From: Eledone cirrhosa
Lineage: Eukaryota
Assembly: GCA_964016885.1 (NCBI GenBank)
Contig: OZ024741.1
Coordinates: 206,274,001 to 206,338,000 of the forward strand
Reading direction: 5' to 3'
DNA length: 64,000 bases
Shown here piece by piece: positions 25,906-40,129 of the stretch. Position numbers and translations under genes: made by a program. The stretch's first letter is position 1; every line of letters starts with the position of its first letter. The notes below the pieces were generated by a model that was given only the letters and a program-made list of their open reading frames with translations, did no database searches and was not told where the DNA came from.

Positions 25906-28900
25906 TTTAAGAGAGATGGTCACCATTTTAGAAGGCTGCGTTGTTTTACAATTTAGAGGGGAGTTTGTTTCCCTAGCTTGGCTGCTAGACATCTCTTCTA
26001 TTTGTTGTTAGATGTAGGTAAACAATTAAGCAAAAAGAACATACCTCGAGATTATATGTACATGAGAATTTTAATCAGAGCAATAGACAAAACAGGTTAT
26101 CTTATCAGTTGCTCCTTGATTGGTAATTCGTAATTATCATTAAGTGGCGGTGTTCAAATATCCTGTGACCGCATGGTGCAATATCGCTGTTTCGCCACAG
26201 TGAAATGCATCTGCTCGCATCAACACACAAAGTTGAAAAGAGCGTGTTTTCAGCTACTGATGTCAGAACGTGAGGTCAGAACTAAGGGCAGTTAATCGAC
26301 TGCCTGCAAAGTCAAAGCTAGGTGGCGTGATCTTCTACATGGTCTCCCACCAGATTTTTAGAAAAGGAAATAAAAATCGGTTATCGGACCATGAATGTAG
26401 GAAAACGATGAGCAACTAGCAAAAACCCCAAACCAAGGAGCAATCAGCCCAACCGAGCATGACGGGCACAACAAATTTCAAAAGGACATATGAAACAAGC
26501 ATGCAAGAACGAGCAAGAAAAAAAAATGTAAATACAATTTTTAAAAGTTCAGATAGAAAATACAGGATTAAAGAGCCGCACAATAACAGCTTAAAAATAT
26601 ACAGTGCTACACAGTTTTTCCCAAAAGGGGTCCAGTGGCCAGTTCATATAATAAAAGTTTGGAAGAGTTCTTTGGGCCAGTGGACTCTTCGACCGGAACG
26701 GGTCGTGGTCTTGTATCTTGGTGATGAAGGGGGGGGGGAGACAAAGACGACGACGAAAAAGCAGGTGTGTGTGCGAAAGAAAAAGACGGGGGCGTTTGTG
26801 GCTCAGGTGTGATAGCGTCTGTGTCCAAATGTGCTCGTTTGAGTCGATCAATAGAAACCGTCTCTCTGGAATCCTTAATGTCTACAGTGAAATGTTTCTC
26901 GGAACGAGTTAATACACGGTAGCGTCCAGAGTACGGTTGTTTGAGAGGTGATCTCACAGCATCGTTTCTCACGAACACATGGGTCCACGAGGAACTATCC
27001 CTCGGGACTGCAGATTTTACAGTTTGCTTCCTCGTATCCATCGGCGGCAGGTCCTGAAAATAAGAACGCAGACGGGATACGTAAGAAAGCGGATCCTGTG
27101 CAGCAAGATCGACAGGGGCAAGCATTTGCCCAGGTAATGCTAGAGGAGCACCATACAATAATTCGGCCGGGGAGAACCCAAGGTCCTCCTTTATTGTTGA
27201 CCGAATCCCAAACAACACAATAGGGAAATACTCGCTCCAACGCGTAGAGTCAGGAGAAGTCCGGAGAGCGGCTTTTAGTTGTCGGTGGAAACGCTTCACC
27301 ATTCCATTAGATGCTGGATGATATGCAGTCGTTCGGATGCGTTTAGCGCCGAGGACTTTCGTTAATTCATGGAAGAGATTCGATTCAAACTGCCTTCCAC
27401 GGTCCGTGGTAATTGACGTTAGTACTCCATATCGAGCGATCCATCCAGACACAAGGGCACGCGCTGTCGTCTCAGCAGTGATATCTTTCAAGGGGATAGC
27501 TTCAGGCCATCGCGAAAAACGATCAATAACAGTCAATATGTAATTATGACCACCGCTGATTGGCCAAGGTCCCACGATGTCCACATGAATGTGGCGAAAC
27601 CGAGCGTCCTCGGTTACTAAAAGTACATAGAGGAGTCTTAACATGCCTGTGAACTTTTGATTTCTGGCAAGCAATACAGGAACGGCACCAAACAGTAATA
27701 TCACGTCTCATATTTGGCCAGAAGAATCTAGCCGTTATGAGTTTTACTGTGGAAGAAGATGCTGGATGTGAAATGCCGTGTAAAACAAGAAAAAGAGTTC
27801 GACGATGGTTCAACCGAACAAAAGGGCGTGGCGCATCCAAAGAGACGTCGCAGAGGATCCGTCAGTCTACGGTCGATAATGGTAGGTATTTCATCCTGCA
27901 ATTCACAAATTCAGATGATGTAACATCCAATGATTCTAGGGTAGGCTGATCGGCTTCCAAGCGATTCAAATCTATGTCATCGGACGACGAGATCGAAGCA
28001 ATCGGCAAACGAGACAGGGCGTCGGCCGCTGTATTCATAGAACCCGGAATATGTTGAATATCATTAGTAAATTGAGAGATGAGGTCGAGATGTCTAGTTT
28101 CTCTGGGCGAGTATTTGTCGGCCTTTGCTTGCAAGGCGAATGTCAACGGCTTGTGGTCCGTGAAGATGGTGAACGTTCTTCCTTCAAGCATGTGCGAAAA
28201 ATGCTTCACCGATAAGTATATAGCTAACAACTCCCGTCCAAAGGTTCTGTAGCGGGTTTCGGCAGGTTTCAGCTTCCTGGAGAAAAATTCCACCGGTTGC
28301 TGTTGATCATTCCTACTTTGTTGCAAAACTGCACCCACGGCAGTATCCGACGCATCAATACAAAGCGAAAGCTTAGCATTCGACACTGGGTGAGCCAGCA
28401 AAGATGCATTGGCTAGAGCAATTTTCGCATTCTCAAAATCCTCGAGCTGAGTTTCATTCAAAGAAATGTCTTTATTTTTCTTTCGGCATTTCTTTAAAAT
28501 TTCCGTCAAAGAGAAGAGTAGCTTAGCACAATTAGGCACAAACCGCATATAAAAATTAATCAGCCCCAAGAATTGGCGCAACTGACGAAGTGAGGTTGGT
28601 GGAGGCAAATCCTCTACAGCTTTAACTCTCTCAGGAATAGGTCGAATACCGTCAGCGTCAATGACGTGGCCCCAAAAATTCAGAGATTCGGAACCAAAAA
28701 CACATTTTGATGGATTAATCCGAACATTGTAATCCTTAAAACGACAAAATAGAAGGTCCAGATGGCGCAAATGTTGCTCTGGAGAAGAGCTAGCAACAAG
28801 AAGATCATCAATATATGTGTATACAAAATCGAGGCCGCGAGTGACCTCATCCATAAAACGCTGGAAGGTGCTAGAGCATTTCTTAACCCGAAAGGCATGG

Positions 28901-30713
28901 TGAGAAATTCAAAATTTCCATGAGTCAGTTGCGGGAACGATTTCAACAATCCATGATATGGGTTTCCGGAGTTAGTGATGAAGAATGTCGGGCTAACTGT
29001 AGAAACTTCTGCTGTCCTGCCACAAAGAGAAAAACCAGTCATATCGTCGACTAGGCGTTAGTGACGGACATCCACCGTCAAAGAAAAATGGTGCAGGAAG
29101 TCCGCGCCCAAAATCGGATATGGCAGGTCGGCAACAGTGAAAACCCATTTGAAATCCCGACGAAGATTTCGAAACTGAAGAGGAAGCGAGATCTGTCCAA
29201 AAGTTCGGATTGGTGACTGGTTGACAGCTTGCAATTCAATCGACGACTCGGGAGGAGTTACAGTCATACAATTGACAGGCCAAATACTGCACGAAGCTCC
29301 TGTGTCTACGAAGAAGGCTCTTCCAGACAGGAGGTCCTCTATGAATAAATGGCGGTTCTGTTGTGTCTCGCAGAGTTCACTTGCCGCCTTTAGTGACTCT
29401 GATCTACATTTCCAGAAGCTGAATATTTACATGGAGGCCGGCGATGTTTTGCCTTATCCGTGAAGGTGGCATGATACCAGCAAAATAATGGATTGTTTGC
29501 GGGCGAAGTAGTATGCTGACGTGGAGTCGCGAAAGAACGCGAACGACTCCTAGGCCGCCGGGAATATGGCCTATTCTCCCTGCATAACCGAGCGACTTGC
29601 TGCGTCAAAGCGTCAATAGCTTTTAACATGGCATCCTCGCGTGTCGAGACGGGCTGGTTCGAATGTGAAGAAGAAGCAGGTAAATTAGGACCACTCATTG
29701 TCAATCTATATCAACTTGGACGTATAAAAGTAAGTGATGTTCACGTAAAAAGAATGCAGAAATTTCTTTAGATGTTCAGAATAACGGGAAAACAGCACAA
29801 ATTTCCCTCAACATCCATAAAGGTAGAAGAACGGAAAAAAAATAAATGTTCTCAAGTGTCCATAACAGGGAAAATAATCCGGCGAGTTTGTAAAAAACAA
29901 TCCGAAGTCGACAAGTCAAATCACTTCATGGCAGGAACTCTAAAATATATATATATATATATATCGACAGCATATCACGCTGCTCAGTTAAGGTCGAGAA
30001 AAGACGGCATCACGTGATGCGTCTCAGCCAATCAGATGGCTGCATTTCGGAGAAGAAAGACAATTGGCGGGAAAATGATCGGCCATTACAAAAATTAAGA
30101 ATTCTTCTTTTTCTTTTGGTTTGTCTGCTTTAAAAAAATGTTCAAAAATGTTGATAATCATTTTTTCTTTTTTGTTATATATTCACTGCCCAGAGAATAG
30201 CATAATAGAAGATATAAGTGTTTCGCATGTATTATCAGAAGGTTGCCATTTATAGAGTTCGATGCTCAGGGTCAACCACTTTAGGAGAGATGGTAACCGT
30301 TTTAGAAGGCTGCCTTGTTTTACGATTTAGAAGGGAGTTCGTTTCCCTAGCTGGGCTGCTAGACAACTCTTCTATTTGTTGTTAGGTGTAGGTAAACAAT
30401 TAAGCAAAAAGAACATACCTCGAGATTATATGTACATGAGAATTTTAATCAGAGCAATAAACAAAACAGGTTATCATATCAGTTGCTCCTTGATTGGTAA
30501 TTCGTAATTATCATTAAGTGGCGGTGTTCAAATATCCCATGACCGCATGGTGCAATATCGCTGTTTCGCCTCTGTGAAATGCGTCTGTTCGCATCAACAC
30601 ATAAAGTTGAAAAGAGCGTGTTTTCAGCTACTGATGTCAGAACGTGAGGTCAGAACTAAGGGCAGTTAATCGACTGCCTGCAAAGTCAAAGCTAGGTAGC
30701 GTGATCTTCTACA
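25906..30713 (-). mobile_element. Gypsy/Ty3 LTR retrotransposon (decayed gag-pol; LTRs 25906-26339 and 30280-30713; TSD ATGT)
   Basis: gag C-terminus CWYH..PC, protease VDTGA, RT YIDD, RNase H DAS..FSRKL..TDHKPL and integrase HVDIVGP/TDRGRQF, in Gypsy order. 434-bp direct repeats, ATGT at 25902-25905 and 30714-30717, and PBS-like TGGTTGACCCTGAG on the - strand at ~30265-30278. Confidence 0.95.
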
Positions 30714-31043
30714 ATGTAAATAAACAAATAAATAAAGAAATAAAAACGCACACGGACACCCGGATGTAACACATGCGCAAACTAAGCACACAACACACAC
30801 ACAAACAAGATGGCGTAGAACAGAACAAAGGAGTGGCACAAAACAAAGAAAAGAATCCCCGGTCACTAATGAGGTCACAGAATGTGTGACGAAACAACTT
30901 TGACAATATATGAACAACCGTCCGGTTGTGGAACCAACCAATCAACCGGAAATTTATAATTTCTTTTTTTAATTTATAATAAATTGGAGTGAAAGCAACT
31001 GGTGCGTGTGTTTCTTATTGGCAACATGACCCTCCCAAAGTAT

Positions 31044-31048
<5 letters not shown>
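30714..31048 (+). mobile_element. PLE terminal repeat (family D) with mutated HHR at 30862-30904
   Basis: GTCA-CTAATGA-GGTCACAGAATGTGTGAC-GAAACAACTT-TGAC, ending CCCTCCCAAAGTATAACAA + (TA)n. Confidence 0.75.
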
Positions 31049-31126
<78 letters not shown>

Positions 31127-31446
31127 CATATATATAACAAAGTTTCACAGGAATTAAAAAAAAAAAGTAATGTGTGCGACAAATGAACACCCATCTACCA
31201 CATCAACCAACCGTTAGACAATGTAATTTTGTGGATAAAGATGGTATTGCATGATATTGAACCTAGCCTGTAAGAGGGCTTCGAACAAGACAATGCAAAG
31301 ATACTTATGAGATAACACAACAACTTAGTGACAGGGAAAAACAAGTTAATGTCTTTCGACAAGGGAAGGTTACGTTACGAACAAGTGCAAATGGTAACGC
31401 TAGGAAGAAAATAATATTTGGACTGTATATATATATATATATATAC

Positions 31447-31521
<75 letters not shown>

Positions 31522-31837
31522 AAGAGGGAGAGAGAGACAGTTTGCTAAAAGTCGAATGACTGAACTAGTAAATGAATAAATGGATAAAAGTATATATATA
31601 TATATTATTGTGTGTTTATTCTTGGAATGATTTATTTTATTATTTTATGTTTTCTTATATTATCCTAATCACAAAATATAATATAACTTGCTATTGTGCA
31701 TGAAAAAGTGAATTTATATCTAATTTGAAAGAGAAAGGAAAATATAGCCGAAATATTGGCAGCAATAAATCAAATTATTTCGTGTCACATTTGATTAATA
31801 AACCTATACACATTTTACACAATGTCTCAAATCACTG

Positions 31838-31898
<61 letters not shown>

Positions 31899-32566
31899 AT
31901 ACATTCTTATTCATCTTTTTATTATAATTTTGCATTGTAGTTAACGTGATGGAGTACGTTTCCAATACTGCAGTTTTCTTGCTGGTGAGGCAATCGTCAG
32001 TTAGTAAAACAAAGAATAAATCTCATATACATTTACAAGTCTGTGTCTAGTAAATGGTTCTAATGATAACTTGTATTATATCAACCAAGGAGTATTTTTC
32101 TGGTAAAGTTTCCAATGTAGATTTTGACATTGTTTCTCTCTTTCAGCTTAAAGTGCTTTTGTTCATTTCTCATTATAATAGTCATGACATATATGCATAA
32201 ATAACATACTTGGAATCATGTTGTTCTATCGATGGATGTGATCTATTCCATGATAAACCAGTTAATGTAAAAATGGTGAACAGATCGTTGGTTTTTTAAA
32301 CTTGATATATAACTTTAAAAGGCTGTTGGTGTTTCTCCTTTGCTCTTTTTTTAATGTGGAGCTATGATTAGGGAAATACCTTTTTAATCCGCCTTCGCCC
32401 ATACTAATATGTGTCTGTGTTACTGTCTGAGATTTTACTTAGTCATTTTAGATAAATGTTTTCGTTAAACAGAACCGATAGATTTCGATGCGCTTTTACA
32501 CTCAGCTTCGTGGATATTACTATGATGGACACCTTTTAGATGCATATCTGTGCTTATATATATATA

Positions 32567-32896
32567 TATTTGAAAAAAAGGAAAAGAATGCCTTCACTTG
32601 TAGTGTTAAAAAATTTGATTTACTTTTATAATATTATAATATTATGAGTTGGTAGATCTAATAAGATCTTTGTTAACTTCAGTGGGAAGAATTTTAAAGA
32701 TTCCTGGTTAACTTTGGTTGGAGAACTTTCTCGCATTCGTCTGTGGTGATTGTCAAACTGAGATCAGGTTGTGTTGACATGTGACTATATATATAAGAGA
32801 GATTGGGATGATTCAGCTATGCCATTATATACTATCAAAAATCAGCTAATGAAATAAAACCATTTTCTTAGTGTATATATGTGTATGTGTGTGTGC

Positions 32897-32927
<31 letters not shown>

Positions 32928-33238
32928 GTTTAATTCCTCCAAATCTTCATCATCATCAACACTCATTAACACCACACCCCACACCCCAGAGACATCCCAA
33001 TTTCTCTTATATATAGTCACACATCTCAACACAACCTGATCTCAGTTTGACAATCGCCACAGACGAATGCGAGAAAGTTCTCCAACCAAAGTTAACCAGG
33101 AATCTTTAAAATTCTTCCCACTGAAGTTAACAAAGAACTTACTAGATCTACCAACTCATAATATTATAATATTATAAAATTAAATCGAATTTTTTAACAC
33201 TAGAAGTGAAGGCATTCTTTACCTTTTTTTCAAATATA
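32567..33238. repeat. Inverted repeat with ~240-bp arms (32567-32810 and 32993-33238)
   Basis: Arms are near-identical reverse complements around a spacer containing (TG)n, with (TA)n outside. Confidence 0.9.
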
Positions 33239-33267
33239 CCTAACTGTACCAAGGATCTCACACATTT

Positions 33268-33316
<49 letters not shown>

Positions 33317-33400
33317 AGTGTGTGTGTGTGTGTATATATATATACACACACGCACACATATATATATATATATACGCACACATATATATACATATATATA

Positions 33401-33598
33401 TAACGAAGGAAGTGTGGTAAGGAACCAGGTGGACGCATTAGAGTACTCGATACTTTGGGTAGTAGAGTGGGTAATAGGAAAAGAGTCAGGACCCCGACAG
33501 CAGAGCTCAAGCCGTTTCGACGGCTATTTCTGAACTCGAGAAATAGCCGTCGAAACGGCTTGAGCTCTGCCGTCGGGTTCCTGACTATTTTCCTATAC
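33401..33598. repeat. HHR family B fold-back insertion
   Basis: Antisense arm AACGAAGGAAGTGTGG..CGACGGCTATTTCTG is followed by a sense arm AAATAGCCGTCGAAACGGC..TTCCTAT, between (TA)n tracts. Confidence 0.85.
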
Positions 33599-33613
33599 TT
33601 ATATATATATATA

Positions 33614-33674
<61 letters not shown>

Positions 33675-34343
33675 TTGATATTTGTTCTACACTTCCTTAT
33701 GACCAAGTAAAGCTAGGGTGAAAGGTGAGCTATTTTTAGTGCTCGTTCCTACTTGCCGACCGTCCATCTATTACTACCTTTTATGCCGACTGCCTACCAC
33801 ATGCCATTTTTTCCTTTCTCCAAAAATCATACGTACCGGTCATTTGAAGATACCTCTTGTTTTGAGAAAGTTTCCTGAGGGCCGGCGTGCTCTCGAATTT
33901 CGATATCCTAATTTATTAGAATATCCCAAGTCGATCTTACACGACGAAACCACGGTCGAGATATTTGAAGTAAGAAGGTATCTTTTTAACTTGCTTGTCT
34001 TTTCCAATTTCTAATGCTCTGATTTAATTAATTGAGCTATACCCGGTAAATGCTAGACACCACCACCGCCTTCTAAGTTTGACCACGTACACACTTACTG
34101 CTAAAACATCTCAAAATGACCCGATCTCAGACCATGCTGCCACTAGGGAATGGCTGGGAGGATATAGTGGTGGAACTGTCTTTGACCAATAGCTAGGGGT
34201 CTTGTATATCTTTTGTGTTGATGGTCTGAAGTTGTTAAATCATACGTTACTAGCGCTTTGAGAAAGCAACATCAATGATCAGCCCGTGACATATCAATTG
34301 AGTACCTTACTGTGGTTACCCCTGATTGAACCCGGGATAAGCT

Positions 34344-34375
<32 letters not shown>

Positions 34376-34575
34376 TAAAATTATTTAATGTATAATAAAC
34401 AATACAATATAATTACCTCATTACCAGAGGTTTCCCGAATAAGACGGATACAAGAAACGTCCGCATTCGTTAGTTAGACAAGGCAATTTTAAACATAGTG
34501 AGATATTTGAAAAATCTACCCAACTTACATAGAGCACTCTTCATTCCTCTGACTTCTTCAACGGAAACTTCAACA

Positions 34576-34718
<143 letters not shown>

Positions 34719-35187
34719 TGTGTGCATATGGGGTGCGTGTGTATTCATTATGCCGTGTGTAAAACAAAAGCAATATAATGTTTTTTGTTTTAATTTATTC
34801 CATTTGATACGTTTTTTTGTTGTATTACTGTCATTTTGTCATTATTGATAAAATATTTTAGGATTATTGTAGGTTGTAGAATGATAAAAATGTGGAAAAA
34901 GATTATGGAAAATAGAAGCAATAAAACATCGAACAAGAATTGATTATACACCCAAAATAAAATAAAATATAATAAAATATAATAAAAAAAGATTTTTAAT
35001 AATATGATTGATTATGTATTTCTGTGGCAGAATTATGAGTAAATGTATTCGACCATCACTCACGAAGCAATGTTCATATAAACACACACACTCCCTCCCA
35101 CACACACACTTACACACGCACACCCACACACACAGACACACATATATACATATATATGTGTATGTATACACATATATATAAACATAC

Positions 35188-35244
<57 letters not shown>

Positions 35245-35270
35245 CATATATATATGTATGTATATATATG

Positions 35271-35302
<32 letters not shown>

Positions 35303-35629
35303 TATATATATATATATAAGTTAAAAACAAAAAAATAAAAACAATAACGTAACCGTGTTAGTATTAATCTATATATAGGAAAAGAGTCAGGACCCCCGAC
35401 GGCTGAGCTCCAACCATTTCGACATCTACTACCCATAGTATAGAGTACTCTGGTGCGTTATGGTCCACCTGGTTCCTTACCACACTTCCTTCGTTTTATA
35501 TATATATATATATTACTCTTTTACCCTTTTACTCTTTTACCTGTTTCAGCCATCCGGCTGAGGCCATGCTGGGGCACCGCCCTTGTATTTCATGGCAGCG
35601 GTGGGATATATATATATATATATATATAA

Positions 35630-35944
35630 GCAAAGAGATATTTTATTTGTTGGTAATTCAACAAATATATTTTTATAAGATTCGAAGCACTCGACAAACT
35701 TTCTGGAGTATAATATCAAGGATATTAATAAATGGAGTCTATATTTATAAAACCATATTTATTCTATTATATATATTTCAAGGGTACCAAAATCATCAGA
35801 TAAAATACAAAATTTGTTTTATAAATAGTGACATACCCAGGAATGGGACCTTAACAGTTCAAGTTCCGTTTCGGTACCCTTGAAATATATATAATAGAAT
35901 AAATATGGTTTTATGAATATAGTCTCCATTTATTAATATCATTG

Positions 35945-35947
<3 letters not shown>
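35630..35947. repeat. HHR family C unit with inverted arm; HHR remnant at 35760-35807 (-)
   Basis: Minus strand reads TATTTTAT-CTGATGA-..-GAAATATATATA^ATAGAATA. An inverted copy of the 3' half lies at ~35872-35940. Confidence 0.7.
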
Positions 35948-35980
<33 letters not shown>

Positions 35981-36323
35981 AGACACTCCGTCGATTACGT
36001 CGACGGAGTGTTCCAGTTGATCCGATCATGAAATCGTGCAAGTGGTTAATCTGATGAAGACATTAAAGTGCAAGTAGCTGAGTATTCCACAGACATGCTG
36101 ACCCTTAGCATAGTTCTCAGTGAGAATCAGCGTGACACAGAATATGACAACACTGACCATTCGAACTACAGGTACAACTAATTTTTGCCAGCTGAGTGAA
36201 CTGGAGCAACGTGAAATAAAATGTCTTGCTCAAGGACGCAACGTGCCGCTGGAATCAAACTCACGACCTCACGATTGTAAGCCGAACGCTCTAACCATAC
36301 ACAAAACCATCTATCTATCTATC

Positions 36324-36412
<89 letters not shown>

Positions 36413-36413
<1 letters not shown>

Positions 36414-39400
36414 GGTCACATTGTATAGATGTGAAAGCCATCACCGAGTCCAGAATTCACGACAAAAAGCAACTAACCCCCATGTTCGATGATTTTGAGA
36501 TCTACACATCTCTCTGTCAGCCAGGAGGTGGAGGGGGAGTTGCTGTTCTGTTTCGAAAAAAAATTTGATCTCAAAATACAGGCCATTCACTTGGACCCGG
36601 AGGGCAGCCTGGTGGTCCTGGACGTCAATGGTAGTGAAGGTGGAGCTTTCAGACTGGTGGCCGTATATGCCTCGACTGGGACATCGCGACCAGAGTTCTT
36701 CAAGCGCCTCGAGCCATTCCTGGGAACGTCTCGCTCCTTAGTATTAGCGGGGGACTGGAATGGCATCTTAGACGCACGTTGGGACTATGTAGAAGCTTGT
36801 GATAATATAGGGGGTGTAATAGCCTAAAAAATCTCATCAGCCAATTCCAACTGGCTGATAGATATCGACTAGACTTCCCAAGTGCACCACTGTGGACGTG
36901 GAGCAACCGCACTGGGTCTTCTAGATCGTATTTAGATAGATTTTTAATTAGACAGAATGATAAGGAAACATTAAGCTGTCCACAAATGGTTGCCTATTCA
37001 GACCACAAATTAGTCACCTGCGTAGTCAACCTTGATAGAACACATAGACAGGGACCCGGATACTGGAAGCTAAACATGTCGCTCCCGGCGCGTAAGGCCT
37101 ACAGTAAACGGATTAGCACCTTAGTTAAGTGCCAGTTGACGAGGGCGATCGTCAACAACAGGTGGTGGAGCTCTCTCAAGAGAGCAATTAGAATAGAATC
37201 AATAGCATTTAGCAAGGAAGTAGCTTTAGAAAAAAACAGAACTGAAAAGGAACTGGTAGCTAAAATAGAAGAGGCACTTAGGAATGGCAGTACAGCTGAC
37301 GTGCTAGCGGCGAGAACGGCACTAGACCAGTTCTTCAACGTGAAACACGAAAGTTGTATTGTCAGAAGTAGAATACGTGCTCTAAGAAACGAGTGAGCCA
37401 AAGCTGTTAGCTGGGCCCGATTTGGTCTTTGCAAGACAAAGATGGACGCATTATACTTGAATCCAAGCAGATGTACGCGGCCTTCCAACAGCATTTTGCA
37501 CAACTGTTCGAGCAAAGCGGTACATCGAGCGAGTTGATGGACTTCAGCTCCTACCTCGACGGCGTACCGCGACTCTAGAGCACGGATGCGGAGAGCTGCG
37601 AAAGGCCGATCACAGCGGGAGAAATAGAAGATGCCCTAGGCCGCTGCGGGAAACGCAAATCACCCGGTTTAGATGGTCTACCCTATGAGTTTTACATAGG
37701 CATGCCAGACTTGTTCTCTGGCGTCCTCGAAGCGTTCTACTGCAACTGGCAGCATAACGGGAGGATTCCCTGTTCTGTAGGCAGACGCGTAGTAACGCTG
37801 ATCAGGAAAGATGAGAACAAGGGGGGATGAGATAAGCAATTTCAGGCCCATAACTCTGCTCAACACAGAGTTAAAGATTTTGGCCAAGGTGTTAGCAGCA
37901 AGGCTGGCGCTTGTCGTCGAGAACGTGGTAGGGGAAGCCCAAACGTGTGCAATCCGACCAGGTCCATACACGACAACCTCCACCTCATGAAATACATCAT
38001 AGAGAGGGTATGGTGTAAACCTGGCTTTGGTGGGGCTCTGATCAATTTAGATCAGTTTAAGGCATTAAATAGGGTCGACCATCAAAACTTGGAAGCAGTT
38101 CTCAAGGCGACCGGCTTCGGTCCCGTCTTCAGAGGCTGGGTCGCTGTCATGCACACCAACATCTGCTCGGCAGTCAAGGTGAATGGCTACCTATCAGAGC
38201 CATTCCAAATCATGCGTTCCATCCGTCAGGGATGCCCTCTCTCCTCCATTCTGTATGTACTGACTCTCGAGCCGTTACTGCAGACATTGGAGCTGTTGCA
38301 GGGCATCCCGATCGAACCAGGACTGCGGAAAGCAGCGTCAGCCTATGCCGACGACATAACCGTAATGGTGTCGAAAACCTCGGAAATCATGGTAATCGGC
38401 AACCTCTTACAGGAATACGAAACGTTGACAGGAGCAAGACTAGACCCAAGCAAGTCTGTCGGTTTGCAACTCGGCATATGGAGAAGCAAACCCATGCCTT
38501 CCGACAGTGTCGTTGGACGCTGGACGGAAGTACCGGTGAAATTGCTCGGGGTCTGGTTCGGTCCAGACCTCCAGGTGGACAAGAACTGGAACGAGGTCAC
38601 AGCGAAGGTGTTTGCCCTCACCCAGAAGTGGGCTGAGTACAAACTCTCCTTGAAAGGTCGAGCGGAGGTAGCGAACACTTACATAGCGTCCGACATCTAC
38701 TACCGCTTGACAGTCGTGCCTTGCCCCGCGAATACCTTACCAAAATGGAACGCATACTCTTCATGTTCCTCTGGAAGAAACAGGCTCCATTGGTGAGGAG
38801 ATCTATCTGCTGTCAACACCCTTCTAACGGAGGGCTGGGAATGCCGTGGCTGATGATACGCAAACATGCGCTGAGGCTACGCCATCTCCAGGTATTCCTG
38901 ACCGGTGAACCGGTGTGGCTGTCGTTTGTGAGACAAGCTCTTCCACAACGCGTCTCACTAACAGAGTTGCAGTCGTGGGTCAAGCGAAGACCGAAAATGG
39001 GTACCTGGCACCTCGAGTGCCTACAGGCGCTAACAGCCCTCTACCAGGCGGAAACGACAATCAGCGGAGACTCTACTTCGACATTCTATAAGGGATTAGT
39101 GGAGGATGAGTGCGACGACGTTCTCGGGGAAAGTCTAGGCATCGAGGAGGACGAACTGACCAATCTGTTCGGGAGGACCTTCCGTCCAGGGCCTATGGAT
39201 AACTTCCAGAGGTCTCTGGCCTGGCAGTGCTACCGAGGAGCTCTACCAGTTCGAGACAAAATCTACAGGCACGGACACCCTGGCAGAGATCCTGCCAAAA
39301 GGACCTGTCCAAGATGCGAGCAGTACATCGAAACCGTTCTGCACGCAATTGTTCAGTGCCCAGGGGTGACCGACCTGTGGAATATGTCGAACAGCTCCTG

Positions 39401-39567
39401 TTACGTGTGGGACGCATCCAGTTGTCAGCCGAGTCCATAATGAGGATCACCACGCCGCCTTCATTTAAGAACGAAGGAGAGGCGGTTTTTCTCTGTCTGG
39501 TGGCTATGGCGAAAGAGGTAATATGGTGGACGAGGTTAATAGGACTGAGGGCAAACATAAGGGTAAT
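36413..39567 (+). mobile_element. Tx1/L1-like LINE ORF2 pseudogene (APE endonuclease, RT, C-terminal Cys domain)
   Basis: APE motifs (VYAS, AGDWN, TW..SYLDRF, SDHK, GYWKLN), KSPGLDGLPYEFY, RT motifs (QGCPLS, YADD) and CPRC..ET..H. Many frameshifts. Begins right after (ATCT)n at 36309-36412. Confidence 0.93.
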
Positions 39568-40129
39568 TTGAAAGAAATTTATTTGCTATTTCTAGCAGAT
39601 CCTGAAACCACCTACAGGCTTCCTTGTTGGTTTAGAAATAGTCAAATGTGTATTTTGCTGATGTTGCTAAGCCTCATGTTATCTCTAATTATACAGATAC
39701 GTGATCGATGTAATTCAGGCGACTGAGAATATAAGACTCCTACCTAGACAGGATGCTAAAAAAATGTAGGAAATACCTCTAGCTCTAGCTACACAACCAC
39801 AAGGTGAATACTTTCTATATCGAATCCGAAAGGCAAAGTAGAACACTGTAGGACTAAAATGCAGAGCACAGAGAGGTGAAAAAAAATTGACTCACTCAAA
39901 TTGACTACTGTAATTAAAGAAGCTTCAATAATGATAATATCTAATAGAGATATAAATCTTCTAACACCATCATATGACCTGAACCAATTAATGGAAGTCC
40001 TTAACAGCATGGTTCCAAACGTCATTTTCCATTTTGTTTTACTTACAGGAGTTTTCGTCTTGAAGCCACTGGTAATGCGGAATTAAATCAAGCGGTTTAT
40101 ATAAATAATATAAATAAAAATAAATAGTA

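Noticed and set aside
26013-26339. Apparent canonical LTR TGTAG...CTACA
   Set aside because: Homology between the repeats extends ~107 bp further, and the TSD and PBS fit the longer 434-bp boundaries.
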